DNA of 64,000 bases from Ignavibacteriota bacterium (GCA_020437395.1 JAGQWJ010000001.1:37236-101235); one strand, 5' to 3'. Positions 1 to 10,556 are shown, numbered from the stretch's first letter. Program-made: numbers and translations. The notes: generated by a model not told the origin, from the sequence alone.

Positions 1-90
1 AGTAATACTATAGACCCAAAGTAAAATAAAAAAAGTAACAAAATTTGCACCTGACATAAACATAATTGACATAGTCAGATTCTTGTTCAT
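1..90 (-). CDS. Possible 5' end of a small hydrophobic protein (MNKNLTMSIMFMSGANFVTFFILLWVYSIT...), truncated by the window edge
   Basis: ATG on the minus strand at 90..88 opens a frame that runs to the window edge. The peptide is hydrophobic. No homolog recognised. Confidence 0.2.
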   Translation of the reverse strand, partial: MNKNLTMSIMFMSGANFVTFFILLWVYSIT

Positions 91-110
91 ATTATTCTCA
101 GTTTTTGCCA

Positions 111-932
111 TTATCTCAATGCCTCTTCAAGTGCTGTTTTTGCATCAGTTTTATCATCACGATACTTAATAATCAAAGGAGTCGCAATAGACAGACCATT
201 CTCTTTCGCAAATGGAGAATTAATAGCTCTGCTCCCAGGAACTACTACGGCACCAGTTGGTATTTCAAGTGGGCTTTCATTTGTCGAAGACAGTACTCTT
301 TCGTTAACTAAGTCATATACTTTAGTACTCGCATTTAATATAACTCCAGTACCTAACACAGAACGCTCTCTAACCAAGACACCTTCATAGACACCGCAAT
401 TCCCTCCTATCATCACATTATCTTCAATTACTACTGGTCTTGCACCAGCTGGCTCTAGAACACCGCCTATTTGCGAAGCTGCACTCAAATGAACATTTTT
501 CCCGATTTGAGCACAAGTCCCAACTAATGCATGAGAGTCAATCATTGTACCTTCGTCAACGTAGGCACCAATATTAATATACATTGGTGGCATACATATT
601 ACACCTTTTGCAACGTAGCAACCACTCCTAATAGAACTGCCACCTGGAACTAATCTAACACCGTCATCTAATTTTAAGGGTTTTAGTGGAATTGTATTCT
701 TATCAAAATAAACGAACTCTTCGTTTATAGACATATCTTCCATTTTGCTATACTTGAAAAGCAACAATATTCCTTTCTTCACCCACTGATTTGCTATCCA
801 TCCGCCATTTCCGTCTGGTTCAGCTGCTCTTATTGTCCCATTGTTGAGTTTAGCTATTATCTCAGCTTGCAATTCTTTTATCTCAATTTCACTTGGGCTC
901 TCTAAATTTTCAATTCTATCTTTTAAGTCCAT
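111..932 (-). CDS. dapD: 2,3,4,5-tetrahydropyridine-2,6-dicarboxylate N-succinyltransferase (lysine/DAP pathway)
   Basis: 273 aa, the length of DapD. Hexapeptide-repeat (LbH) acyltransferase core ([41 protein letters not shown]) matches the trimeric DapD family. Confidence 0.75.
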   Translation of the reverse strand: MDLKDRIENLESPSEIEIKELQAEIIAKLNNGTIRAAEPDGNGGWIANQWVKKGILLLFKYSKMEDMSINEEFVYFDKNTIPLKPLKLDDGVRLVPGGSSIRSGCYVAKGVICMPPMYINIGAYVDEGTMIDSHALVGTCAQIGKNVHLSAASQIGGVLEPAGARPVVIEDNVMIGGNCGVYEGVLVRERSVLGTGVILNASTKVYDLVNERVLSSTNESPLEIPTGAVVVPGSRAINSPFAKENGLSIATPLIIKYRDDKTDAKTALEEALR

Positions 933-950
933 AGTTCAATCCACTCCAAT

Positions 951-3398
951 TTATTTTTTATTCCATTTAGTTATACTGTGCGGCAATGCTTCAGTAATAT
1001 GCTCAACAAATATTATTTTTAATCCCTTTTTAATGAAATCATCAATATCTTCAACATCTCTCTTATTTTCAGATGGAACTAATACTTTCTTGATACCACG
1101 TTTTTTTGCTGCTAATAGCTTTTCGCTCAAACCACCAATCGGCAATATGTTCCCTCGAAGAGTAATTTCACCAGTCATAGCTACTTTACCGCTTATTGGT
1201 TTGTTTGTGGCAGCAGAAATTAACGCTGTGCACATTGTTATACCAGCAGATGGGCCATCTTTTGGAATTGCACCCTCGGGAACATGTATATGTATCTCCA
1301 TCCCTTTGGTAAACTCTTCTGGCACACCTAACAATTTATAATTTGCTCTAACGTAGGACAACGCTGCCATACCCGATTCCTTCATTACATCGCCTAACTT
1401 ACCAGTAAGTGTTAGTTTCTCGCTTTTACTTGGCATTATATTAACTTCAATAGGGAGTAAATCGCCACCTGTACTAGTCCAAGCCAAGCCAGTAGCTACA
1501 CCTACTTTGTCTTTCAAATCTTCTTTTTTCAGTTTATGTTTTGGAGCTTTTAAGTATTCTTCAACTTTTTCTGGAGTTATTACTAAGCTCTTATTCTTAT
1601 ATTTTTTCTTAAACTCTGGGTTGTCCTTGAGTGCAATATTCTTATTTTTTACTTTGTTTCCGTATTCAAGAACAATTTCTTTTGCTAGTTTTCTGAAAAC
1701 ATTCGCAATTGTCCGTTCTAAGTTTCTAACTCCAGCTTCTCTCGTATATTCTGTTATTATACGAGTAATCGCTTTGTCTTCAAAATTGATTTTAATATTA
1801 TCAAAACCATATTCTTTTATAAGTTTAGGGATAATATGTTTTTTTGCAATCTCTAATTTGTCATGGTCCAAATAGGAAGTAAGTTGAATTACTTCCATTC
1901 TGTCCAAAAGAGGTTGAGGTATATTATGTAATACGTTAGCTGTTGTTATGAACAAAACGTTCGACAAATCATAGTCAATTTCTAAGTAGTGGTCATTGAA
2001 ATTGATATTTTGTTCCGGATCTAAAACTTCTAGTAATGCCGAAGCTGGGTCTCCTCTGAAATCAGAAGCAAGTTTATCAATCTCGTCTAACAAAATAACT
2101 GGATTTTTAGTACCCGCTTTTTTCATTGACTGAATTATTTTACCCGGCATAGAACCAATGTAAGTTCTTCTATGCCCACGTATCTCTGCTTCGTCACGAA
2201 CACCTCCCAATGAAAAGCGTACAAATTCTCTATTCAACGCCTTAGCAATTGATTTTGCCAAAGATGTTTTACCAACACCAGGAGGCCCCACGAAACAAAT
2301 AATTTGTCTTTTGAGTGATCCAGCTAAATTTAGAACAGAAATAAATTCGGTTATTCTTTCTTTAGGTTTTTCCAAATCATAATGATCTTCATCGAGTACT
2401 TTTTGTACATGTTCTATATCTAAGTTGTCTTTAGATGCCTTATTCCAAGGTAACTGAGCCATCAGCTCGAGGAAATTTCTGTTAACAGAGAACTCCGGCG
2501 ACATCTGAGGTGTTTTACGCAATCTATTCAACTCTTCATCCGCCTTTTCACGCGCGTGTTTAGGTAGTTTTGCTTCATCTAACATCTTTCGTAGTTGCTC
2601 AATTTCAGGTTCAGATTCCTCATCTTCGCCTAACTCTTTTTGGAGTGCTTTAATTTGTTCCCTGATATAAAACGCACGCTGGGTTTTCTGAATTGAATCG
2701 CTAACTCTCTCGCCGACTTGGTTTTGTATTTTAGAAAGCTCTATTTTAGCCGTTAATAATTTCAATAGTTCTGTGTATTGAGACTTCAGAAATCTATGAT
2801 TTAGTATCTTTTGCTTTTCTTTAATATCCGCTTGCATATTCGAGGCAGCATAGTACATTTTTCTGACAGGGTCATCAATATTATCGAAGGCACTAACCAA
2901 ATCCGGAGGCAAATTATCTTTAGAGAACACATATTCTTTAAACATCTCGCCAGTGTTCGCTATTAATTGGCGGGTTTCTTTATCTTTCGGATTGTATTTT
3001 ATTGGAATTTGTTCAATCACAGCTTCCATACATTCGCTATTCTTAACCGCGCTTTTGATTTTTGCATGGAACATACCTTCAATTAATACTTTTAATAGAT
3101 TATTGGGTAATCTAAGCACCTGAATTATTTTCCCAATAGTTCCATATTCGTTAATATCTCCAATAGTAGGTTCTTCTATATTCGAATCCTTCTGACTAGA
3201 TAGAAATATAAACTTATCATTATCTATCGCCTTAGCTATTGCTTTCAGTGACGAAGTTCTCCCTATTAGCACAGGGAAAATCATATTCGGGAACAATATC
3301 ATCTCACGTAGTGGTAATACGGTAAGACTTTCTGGTATCTCGACACTTTTCATTTCTGCATCGACAATCGATTTTAATACTTCTTCTTGCTTTGCCAT
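951..3398 (-). CDS. lon: ATP-dependent Lon protease (LonA)
   Basis: 815 aa. N-terminal LON domain, AAA+ Walker A GPPGVGKTS, C-terminal proteolytic domain with PKDGPSAGI (catalytic Ser) and the Lys dyad region. Confidence 0.92.
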   Translation of the reverse strand: MAKQEEVLKSIVDAEMKSVEIPESLTVLPLREMILFPNMIFPVLIGRTSSLKAIAKAIDNDKFIFLSSQKDSNIEEPTIGDINEYGTIGKIIQVLRLPNNLLKVLIEGMFHAKIKSAVKNSECMEAVIEQIPIKYNPKDKETRQLIANTGEMFKEYVFSKDNLPPDLVSAFDNIDDPVRKMYYAASNMQADIKEKQKILNHRFLKSQYTELLKLLTAKIELSKIQNQVGERVSDSIQKTQRAFYIREQIKALQKELGEDEESEPEIEQLRKMLDEAKLPKHAREKADEELNRLRKTPQMSPEFSVNRNFLELMAQLPWNKASKDNLDIEHVQKVLDEDHYDLEKPKERITEFISVLNLAGSLKRQIICFVGPPGVGKTSLAKSIAKALNREFVRFSLGGVRDEAEIRGHRRTYIGSMPGKIIQSMKKAGTKNPVILLDEIDKLASDFRGDPASALLEVLDPEQNINFNDHYLEIDYDLSNVLFITTANVLHNIPQPLLDRMEVIQLTSYLDHDKLEIAKKHIIPKLIKEYGFDNIKINFEDKAITRIITEYTREAGVRNLERTIANVFRKLAKEIVLEYGNKVKNKNIALKDNPEFKKKYKNKSLVITPEKVEEYLKAPKHKLKKEDLKDKVGVATGLAWTSTGGDLLPIEVNIMPSKSEKLTLTGKLGDVMKESGMAALSYVRANYKLLGVPEEFTKGMEIHIHVPEGAIPKDGPSAGITMCTALISAATNKPISGKVAMTGEITLRGNILPIGGLSEKLLAAKKRGIKKVLVPSENKRDVEDIDDFIKKGLKIIFVEHITEALPHSITKWNKK

Positions 3399-3478
3399 TC
3401 TTATCTTAAATTTATTTTATTATACTTAAGTCCAAATCTAATATTTATTAAGTATATTGGTTTAATACGATTATAATA

Positions 3479-3516
3479 TAAAAAAAAGGCAACTTTTTCT
3501 AAGTCGCCTTTTACAA
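3479..3516 (-). terminator. Rho-independent terminator downstream of ilvE
   Basis: On the minus strand: AAAAGGCGAC-loop-GUUGCCUU hairpin followed by a U7 run, immediately 3' of the ilvE stop. Confidence 0.5.
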
Positions 3517-3532
3517 AGTTATACAATTTCTA

Positions 3533-4621
3533 TTAAATAGTTGTTACTTTATGAACCCATCCGTGAGTATCTTCTGTTTCTCCACGTTGAATTCCGACTA
3601 TCGTCTCATACATATCGTGAGCAATAGGCCCAATTTCATTATTATTAATAACTATTTCTTTTCCTTTATAATTTAGTTTTCCGACCGGTGAAATTATTGC
3701 TGCTGTACCAGTTCCAAAAACCTCTTTCAATTCTCCTCTCTCGTGGGCATCATAAACTTCAGATATTCTAATACGTCTTTCAGAAGTTCTAATTCCTTTT
3801 TCCTTTGCAAGAGCAAGAACCGTTTCTCTTGTTACACCTGGCAAAATTGACCCTTGATCCAATGTAGGAGTAACCAACTCATCACCAATCACGAACATAA
3901 TATTCATAGCACCAACTTCATCAACATACTCTTGATGAACGCCGTCTAACCAAAGTACTTGATCAAAACCTTTGGCTTTTGCTTCCTTTCCTGCAAGCAA
4001 TGAAGCAGCATAGTTCGCTGCAGTTTTTGCCATACCCAATCCGCCTCTGACTGCTCTTACATATTCGTGCGAGACCAATATATTCACTGGCTTTAAACCT
4101 GCGGCATAGTACGAAGCCACTGGAGAGCATATTATTACTAATTTGTATTCATCTGAACTATGAACACCCAAGAAATTGCTTGAACCGAACATAACAGGGC
4201 GAATGTAAAGAGCTTGTCCTCGTTCTTTTGGTATCCAACTTTTCTCTACAGCAACTAATCTCTCAACGGCCTCTATGAATCTTTCCTCTGGGAAATCAGG
4301 CATAACAAGTCTGTTAGCAGAGTTGTTCAATCTTTTTGCATTTCTATCTGGTCTAAAAATATTAATTGATCCATCAATATCATTATAAGCTTTTAATCCT
4401 TCAAAAATAGTTTGACCATAGTGTAACGTACACATAGTAGGTTCAAACTCCATAGAGCTGTAAGGAATAATTTTACCTTCATCCCACTGACCATTTTTAA
4501 ATTCCGCAACGAAGATATGGTCCGAGAACACTTTGCCAAATCCTAAAGCATCCCAGTTGACGTTCTCTATTCTACTGCTTTTTGCTTTAGTTACCTTAAT
4601 ATTATCATCTATTACATTCAT
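3533..4621 (-). CDS. ilvE: Branched-chain amino acid aminotransferase (class IV PLP enzyme)
   Basis: 362 aa. Family-typical segments (QVLWLDG, EVGAMNIMFV, FGTGTAAIISPV) with the PLP-lysine region. Confidence 0.85.
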   Translation of the reverse strand: MNVIDDNIKVTKAKSSRIENVNWDALGFGKVFSDHIFVAEFKNGQWDEGKIIPYSSMEFEPTMCTLHYGQTIFEGLKAYNDIDGSINIFRPDRNAKRLNNSANRLVMPDFPEERFIEAVERLVAVEKSWIPKERGQALYIRPVMFGSSNFLGVHSSDEYKLVIICSPVASYYAAGLKPVNILVSHEYVRAVRGGLGMAKTAANYAASLLAGKEAKAKGFDQVLWLDGVHQEYVDEVGAMNIMFVIGDELVTPTLDQGSILPGVTRETVLALAKEKGIRTSERRIRISEVYDAHERGELKEVFGTGTAAIISPVGKLNYKGKEIVINNNEIGPIAHDMYETIVGIQRGETEDTHGWVHKVTTI

Positions 4622-4690
4622 TAAACTCTCCGTTTTTTCTTTTTCGTACTTTGGGTAATCTTATTTCCCGAAACGTTTACCCTTTATAAT

Positions 4691-6364
4691 TTATTTGAAA
4701 TCATACGTAGTATCTAAATCTCTTGGAATTGATTTCAACTTCTCAATATTTGACTCTATTCTTTCTGTAACGTTGCCGTAGTCTTTTTCAAGGTTTACAG
4801 CTTCGTCATAGTCACCTTTGGCTTGAATAGTCAACACCTTGCCTGCCAATTCGCCAACAACTTTGAAGAATAAATCGTCATCAATACCAAGTGTACCGTC
4901 TTCATTGGTGATTATTGCACCTTTGTCCATAAGATAATTCAATTGAATCAAATTACCTTTTCCGTGTGCCTTTTCGCTACCAAACCTAATAGATCTGTAC
5001 AAACCAGCTACATAAGTGGCTTTAGCTCTTACTACATAATCGTCATCTATTAATCCTAAATCTCTCATAATGGATATATTCCAAAGGCCGACTATATCCG
5101 CTTTGCATTCCTCAAGAAACGAATATTTTTCTTTTAGCATTGAAGCAACTGTAACATCCTCTTTACCATAGACATATCCACGACCTAAAGTGTGTGACAC
5201 TTCGTGCAAAGTAACAAAACTAGTAAAAGCATCTTTGCTTATATATTTCCTTAACTTTGGATCTAAGATAATATTCCCTATTGGCAATACTATTTGGTCA
5301 AACTTTGCTTCCATCATATTTTTGAACATTGATTTTTTTGCACCTTTTGCCTTGTGAACTCTTGGGTCATTTGGCAATGAAGCTGCTATTGTTTTTGTTC
5401 CTTGTTGACCATGTCCACCAAAATATGCTACATTCACAACTTGGAGCTTGGTTCCCTTACCAGCAGTTTCTCTGATATACTTTTTGTCATAAGGTAATCT
5501 TGCCTCAAAATTATCAATATTTTTCTCGAACATTGACAACTCCTCTGAAGCTTTTTTATCTTTGACCATTATTATTGATTCATAAGATGTTTTATAGCCC
5601 AGTAATTTATCGGCATAGGACTCAATTGGACCAATCACAATATCAATATCGTTGCCCGATAAATCCATCCACGCCATATCACTTTCGTAATATTCGTCTG
5701 TTCTAATTGCTTTTGCTCTAAGATTCAAATAGTTTTTTAATGAAGGATTGTCGGCATAGCTTGCTGCTTCTTCTAATAAAGAGGCCAATTTTTCAACCTT
5801 ATCGGCATAAGCTTCATGATAAGGTATAGACTTTAATCCATCTCCGTCCTTGCGGATAATAGTATAAAGACTCGTAAAGTCCTCTTTTACTTCAGGGTTT
5901 GCAGCAACGTAATCCTCAAAATCACTTTTCGTCATATCCGGAGGATAAAAATTTCCTCCCAGAGGTCTAATGCTTGGTCCATCACCAACAAACCTTTCAC
6001 CTCCATAAATTTCATCATAGGGGCCGTAGTTGATTTTAACATAATCTAGATAAACTTTTGCTGATTCCGATTCGCTTTTCATCAATGAATCTCTTACGCT
6101 CACAGCATCGGGAGTATTCTGAATCCAAAATATTTCATCAGAAACATGCCCTGCTTTTACTAATAATTCTATGACTTTCTTTTGGTTACTATTTAAGTTC
6201 GAAATATCAGCAGATATTTTCGTTGGACTATATGCCTTAATTCGTTCTTTTACTTTTTCCATATTCTCGTCTTGATTGTTAAACTCTTCTACTTCCTCTT
6301 TTGAAGAGCAAGATAGAAATGACAATAAAAATAATGTTAATATTATGGTGTTGAAAAATCTCAT
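4691..6364 (-). CDS. Secreted/lipoprotein zinc metallopeptidase, M49 (dipeptidyl-peptidase III)-like
   Basis: Lipoprotein signal (LLSFLSC). HEVSH zinc motif followed about 30 aa later by EECKADIVGLW, which resembles the second DPP III motif EECRAE-SVGLY. Confidence 0.5.
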   Translation of the reverse strand: MRFFNTIILTLFLLSFLSCSSKEEVEEFNNQDENMEKVKERIKAYSPTKISADISNLNSNQKKVIELLVKAGHVSDEIFWIQNTPDAVSVRDSLMKSESESAKVYLDYVKINYGPYDEIYGGERFVGDGPSIRPLGGNFYPPDMTKSDFEDYVAANPEVKEDFTSLYTIIRKDGDGLKSIPYHEAYADKVEKLASLLEEAASYADNPSLKNYLNLRAKAIRTDEYYESDMAWMDLSGNDIDIVIGPIESYADKLLGYKTSYESIIMVKDKKASEELSMFEKNIDNFEARLPYDKKYIRETAGKGTKLQVVNVAYFGGHGQQGTKTIAASLPNDPRVHKAKGAKKSMFKNMMEAKFDQIVLPIGNIILDPKLRKYISKDAFTSFVTLHEVSHTLGRGYVYGKEDVTVASMLKEKYSFLEECKADIVGLWNISIMRDLGLIDDDYVVRAKATYVAGLYRSIRFGSEKAHGKGNLIQLNYLMDKGAIITNEDGTLGIDDDLFFKVVGELAGKVLTIQAKGDYDEAVNLEKDYGNVTERIESNIEKLKSIPRDLDTTYDFK

Positions 6365-6489
6365 ATTTCTCCGTTTTGCTTAGAATTATTAGGAATTCTG
6401 TGATAAGTCTTATATTATTGGGAGTTAAAATAATACAAAAAACAATATGTATTTCTACCCAATTATTGTGAGCAATATAAGTAATTATT

Positions 6490-7608
6490 ATGGAAAAAAC
6501 AAAATTTAAGACCTTTCGTAAATCGCTATTTTGCAATAATTTAGCGTTCATCTTGTTTGTGTTACCCCTATTTAACCTCCATAGCAAGGAAATCGACAAC
6601 CCTTGGTTACAAGGTTTGGATGGCAACAGAGTATATGTGCTTTATGAATCGGATAATGAAAAAGACATTGTGGTGCATTACCGAATTAAGAATGATGATT
6701 CGAACGCTTTAATGAAATCATCAACCAAATTTTATCGTAAAACAAATTACGGTGGTAATACTTTTGTTCATCGAATATTGCTTGATGATTTAAAATTTGG
6801 GACAGTCTATGAATATTGGATTGAAAGTAAAAAGAAATACGAATTTCGAGTTCCGAATAAAGATGGAGAGTTTACTTTCACAAACATGGGAGACAATCGT
6901 TCGGGAATCAAAATTTGGCGGCAAGTAGCAACAAATATGGCAAGTGAAAATCCTGACTTTATGATTTTCAATGGCGATTTGGCATATAAGAAAGAATATA
7001 ATTATTGGATTGATGAGTTTTTTGTTGAAGAAGCCCAAGCAATGTTCAGCAAATATCCTTTCTACAATTCAGTAGGGAACCACGAGAAATGGAACGACAA
7101 TTCTCAAGCCTTTACTCAATCAACATCCATAAGCAAAGAACCAAGTCCTTATTTTTCTTTTGAAAAAGGCGATGCTCTATTCCTGATTTTGAATACTGAA
7201 GTTGGTGTTGGCAGAAATAGCCAGCAGTGGGAATTTGCTACCGAACAACTCAGACATAGCAAAAAGAAATGGAAGATTGTTGTTTTCCATATTCCAGCTT
7301 ATAGCTCTGGAGCTCACGGAGAAAACAAAGCAATGAAATTAATGACTGAGAATATATTTGAAAAGTACGGCGTTAAACTAATTTTGACTGGTCATTCGCA
7401 CTACTACCAGCATAATTTGATTAATGGTATTCATCACATGGTAATTGGTGGCGGTGGGTCACCTCTTTATTCTCCCAAAAAAGCATCTTATACAATCAAT
7501 CAAGCAAAAAAATATCACCACGCATTAGTAAAAGTGAACTCCGAAAGAATAAAGTTCATAGTAAAAGATTTGAATATGGATATAATTGATGAGTTCGAAA
7601 TTAAGTAA
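6490..7608 (+). CDS. Calcineurin-like metallophosphoesterase (purple acid phosphatase-like), secreted
   Basis: Signal peptide. Metallophosphoesterase motifs in order: GD..NGDLAY..GNHE..GHSHYY. Confidence 0.7.
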   Translation: MEKTKFKTFRKSLFCNNLAFILFVLPLFNLHSKEIDNPWLQGLDGNRVYVLYESDNEKDIVVHYRIKNDDSNALMKSSTKFYRKTNYGGNTFVHRILLDDLKFGTVYEYWIESKKKYEFRVPNKDGEFTFTNMGDNRSGIKIWRQVATNMASENPDFMIFNGDLAYKKEYNYWIDEFFVEEAQAMFSKYPFYNSVGNHEKWNDNSQAFTQSTSISKEPSPYFSFEKGDALFLILNTEVGVGRNSQQWEFATEQLRHSKKKWKIVVFHIPAYSSGAHGENKAMKLMTENIFEKYGVKLILTGHSHYYQHNLINGIHHMVIGGGGSPLYSPKKASYTINQAKKYHHALVKVNSERIKFIVKDLNMDIIDEFEIK

Positions 7609-7619
7609 TCCAGAAAGGA

Positions 7620-7650
7620 AGACGAGACGCTTTGTTGAAGCGTCTCGTAC
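7620..7650. terminator. GC-rich hairpin between convergent genes (candidate bidirectional terminator)
   Basis: ACGAGACGCTT-TGTTG-AAGCGTCTCGT is a perfect 11-bp stem. It lies between the 3' ends of the phosphoesterase gene (+) and the TonB-dependent receptor gene (-). No clear T-tract. Confidence 0.45.
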
Positions 7651-7668
7651 CTTAGCAATTAGATAAAC

Positions 7669-9900
7669 TTAATCGTTTGGAATTCTATAGTTGAATCCAA
7701 TATAAATCTCTCTTCCTTTCGTAGGGCCCCATACGGACGATGTATCGAAATATGGACCAAAAGGATTTTCCCAACTAATAATTGGTCGTTTTTGTCTAAA
7801 ATCTAATAAGTTCTCGCAACCTACATAAACGTCAAATGATTCAAAATTGTAAGTGAATTGCGGATTTATTACAAAAAACGACTCCGAGAAATCAGGTCTT
7901 TGGAACTCAACAGGGTTCGAATCTGTTATCGGTAATCTTTTCTTACCAAACCAATGAACATTCACATCGAAATGATAGTCTTTAGAAAGTGGTTTATAGC
8001 TAAATGTAGTTAATACTCTGTGTTTCGAATTGAAAGGTAATTGTTCATTTACACCGTTGACTACTCTATAAACATCTAAGTAATTGTATCCTACTTTGAA
8101 TTCTATTTGATCCCAAAGCTTCACAAAAAACTCAAGTTGTAAACCATTACTTACGCTTGGGTCTTCAAAATTCTCAATAATTGCTTTCGTAGGGTCTGAG
8201 TCGTAGTCAGGGAATATCTGATTAGTGAATTCAGTCCTAAAGAAATCTAACATTATATGTCCTATAATATCTTCACTCTCTGTGTTAAAGTTTTGAGTAA
8301 CGCTCAACCCATAGTTTAGTGCCTTTTCGGGTTTCAATGCTTCTGCAAAAACTATATCCCTTGAGCTTACAAGTAAGTTTATATTCTCGCTAAATAGGTT
8401 TGTAGTTCTCCAGCCCGTACCTACGTTGGCTCTTAGTGTTGTATTCTCAGTTGCATTAAATTTTATTAGAGTACGAGGAGTGAACATAGTACCAAATTGA
8501 TTGTGGTTATCGACTCTCGCACCAGCAATCCAAGTTAGTTTGTCATCAAAGAAATTCATAGTATTTTCGGCAAAGAATCCAGGAATTGTCTCTTTTTTAA
8601 GATACTCCCCTGCGTAAGTCCTAGCTAGAGAATTTTCAGTAAAATCAATATTTTCATCTAAGTTCATATAGCGGATACTCAAACCAGTCTTTACAGTATG
8701 GTCAGAATAATTCATTTCATATTGCAAATTCCCATATAAATTGGTTTGCATCGCTTTGTAATCAACAGTCCCGAAGTAAGATTTTTGGTCTTGGTAGAAA
8801 CTAGATGCGAAAACCGAGAAATTATGTGTTTCATCCATTCTATAACCTAGCCTAGCAGAAATTTCTGGCTGATTAATATCAACAGATTGCCCATAAACAG
8901 AAGAGCTTCCTTTATCTGTATCAGCATTGTAATTTGTTTGTCCACCGATTCTTTTCTCATTCAGAAAACGAAGTGATATTTTACTATTCCATCCTTGCTG
9001 ATGCTCATCACCCATCGACCATTTGTTGAATAATGAATAACGGGTTATCTGCGGTACATCTAGGAAATTATCATTGTCTCTGTCAAACTTATCTGCTTTC
9101 TGGGTAGTATGGAATGATGTAATGTTACTCCAATCTCCAGTCTTAAATGTATAGTTAGCATTTAGTTGCTTTTCCATAAAGCTGTTCATATACAGATTCA
9201 CTAAAAGTTTATCTGAGTTATATCGCTCTTTTGTGATAACATTTATCTGTCCGCTTATACCCTCGAAGCCTTGTAGCACACTATTGGCACCCTTCGAGAC
9301 GAAAATATTATCTATCAAAGGACCTGGGATGCTGCTAATACCATACGTATAAGACAACCCCATAATCATAGGAAATCCATCAACTAATATCTGATTATAA
9401 ACACCCGAAAGACCTAATAAACGTAGCTCTTTGGAGTTAGTAATTACATTCGTAGTCTGCGGTTGAACGGTTAGTTGAGTTTCGAATGCTCCTGCCAAAT
9501 CGCAGCAAGCGGCCTTCGTTAACTCAGTTTGTGTTATTTGTTCTGTTTTGATTGCACTCGAATTCGAGATAATAATGCCCGGCTTTTCTGCTACCACATC
9601 AATTTCTTGAGAAGATGCATTCTCAGTCAAATGAATCATTACAAAATCTTGTTTTTTCACAAGTATTGTATCTGGCTCATGCCCTACATAAGTGGCAATC
9701 AAATTTTTGTTCTCTATTCCATTTGTGGATATTTCGAACTTTCCTTGGCTATCGGTGACTGTTCCGATTTTGGAGTCTTGCCAATAAACGTTTGCTCCTA
9801 TTAGCGAAACATGTTTGGTATTCATAACTACTCCCTTAATAGTCTTAGATAAAGCTATTATTGGGAAAAGGAATACTAATAAAAATAAGTACTTTTTCAT
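7669..9900 (-). CDS. TonB-dependent outer-membrane receptor with N-terminal carboxypeptidase-regulatory-like domain
   Basis: 743 aa. Signal peptide, CarbopepD_reg-like segment (TIKGVVMN...VTDSQGKFEI), plug and beta-barrel, terminal aromatic residue region. Confidence 0.8.
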   Translation of the reverse strand: MKKYLFLLVFLFPIIALSKTIKGVVMNTKHVSLIGANVYWQDSKIGTVTDSQGKFEISTNGIENKNLIATYVGHEPDTILVKKQDFVMIHLTENASSQEIDVVAEKPGIIISNSSAIKTEQITQTELTKAACCDLAGAFETQLTVQPQTTNVITNSKELRLLGLSGVYNQILVDGFPMIMGLSYTYGISSIPGPLIDNIFVSKGANSVLQGFEGISGQINVITKERYNSDKLLVNLYMNSFMEKQLNANYTFKTGDWSNITSFHTTQKADKFDRDNDNFLDVPQITRYSLFNKWSMGDEHQQGWNSKISLRFLNEKRIGGQTNYNADTDKGSSSVYGQSVDINQPEISARLGYRMDETHNFSVFASSFYQDQKSYFGTVDYKAMQTNLYGNLQYEMNYSDHTVKTGLSIRYMNLDENIDFTENSLARTYAGEYLKKETIPGFFAENTMNFFDDKLTWIAGARVDNHNQFGTMFTPRTLIKFNATENTTLRANVGTGWRTTNLFSENINLLVSSRDIVFAEALKPEKALNYGLSVTQNFNTESEDIIGHIMLDFFRTEFTNQIFPDYDSDPTKAIIENFEDPSVSNGLQLEFFVKLWDQIEFKVGYNYLDVYRVVNGVNEQLPFNSKHRVLTTFSYKPLSKDYHFDVNVHWFGKKRLPITDSNPVEFQRPDFSESFFVINPQFTYNFESFDVYVGCENLLDFRQKRPIISWENPFGPYFDTSSVWGPTKGREIYIGFNYRIPND

Positions 9901-9934
9901 TTCTAATTTCTTTTTTGAATTTATAATACACTCT

Positions 9935-9952
9935 CCGAATAATATTATTCGG
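9935..9952. promoter_or_regulatory. Perfect 18-bp palindrome CCGAATAATATTATTCGG in the TonB-dependent receptor promoter region (candidate Fur/Zur-type operator)
   Basis: Exact inverted repeat, read directly from the sequence, about 35-50 bp upstream of the receptor start codon. AT-rich hexamers resemble metalloregulator boxes. Confidence 0.4.
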
Positions 9953-10043
9953 ATATAAAAATAACTCTAAACATTACGAATTGGTTAATAATCCTAAGCC
10001 AGAACATGACATAGAATCACTTTCCAAATTAACATAAGTTAGT

Positions 10044-10481
10044 TTAGATTAGGTATTGTTCGTATAGTATATGTAAGGATTGCCTCGTAGATATGGGGGG
10101 AGGCGATTTGTAAGTTAGAAAATCTTCAGATTCTGAAGAAAAAATTTGATAAGGAACAAAGACTGAAATTACAGCGTAAAGAACTGAAAGCTGTTCTAAA
10201 CTAACTTTGTTGTAAGCAATATATTGCTCTTTGTTTTTCAATTCAAGAATGTTATTTTCACAACAACTCTCTTCTTCTTTTGCTTTTTTGGTTTGATGAC
10301 AATTCGGAACTTCAGTATTAACAACCTCGTTGTGTCCACAATGATCAGCTTTAATGTAAGCAGTAACGTTTTTAACATCACCGTTGCACAAATGCTTATT
10401 CATCACTATCCCAGTAGTAGAGAAAGTAAAAGCAAAAAGCAGAATAGCTGATAATATTTTTGTCCGTAAAATCATATACAA
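10044..10481 (-). CDS. Small secreted Cys/His-rich protein (putative metal-binding), upstream of the TonB-dependent receptor
   Basis: Signal peptide. Cluster CNGD..HCGH..PNCH..SCCENN (6 Cys and 3 His within about 45 aa). Hydrophobic C-terminal segment. No family recognised. Confidence 0.35.
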   Translation of the reverse strand: MYMILRTKILSAILLFAFTFSTTGIVMNKHLCNGDVKNVTAYIKADHCGHNEVVNTEVPNCHQTKKAKEEESCCENNILELKNKEQYIAYNKVSLEQLSVLYAVISVFVPYQIFSSESEDFLTYKSPPPISTRQSLHILYEQYLI

Positions 10482-10556
10482 ATATACGAATAAAAATTAA
10501 ACTTGTTGTTATTGAGGAGGAAAATTGATTTTAGTTTATGTTATCTAATTACCCTG

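Noticed and set aside
841-1341. 166-aa plus-strand ORF overlapping dapD/lon on the opposite strand, and similar antisense ORFs (1507..1875, 9529..9804, 11124..11420, 11625..12161, 12690..13166, 15378..15704, 16436..16765, 33375..33761, 39953..40273, 46421..46720, 54675..55067 and others)
   Set aside because: Each lies fully inside a confidently identified gene on the other strand. They have low-complexity or hydrophobic composition typical of antisense frames in AT-rich DNA.
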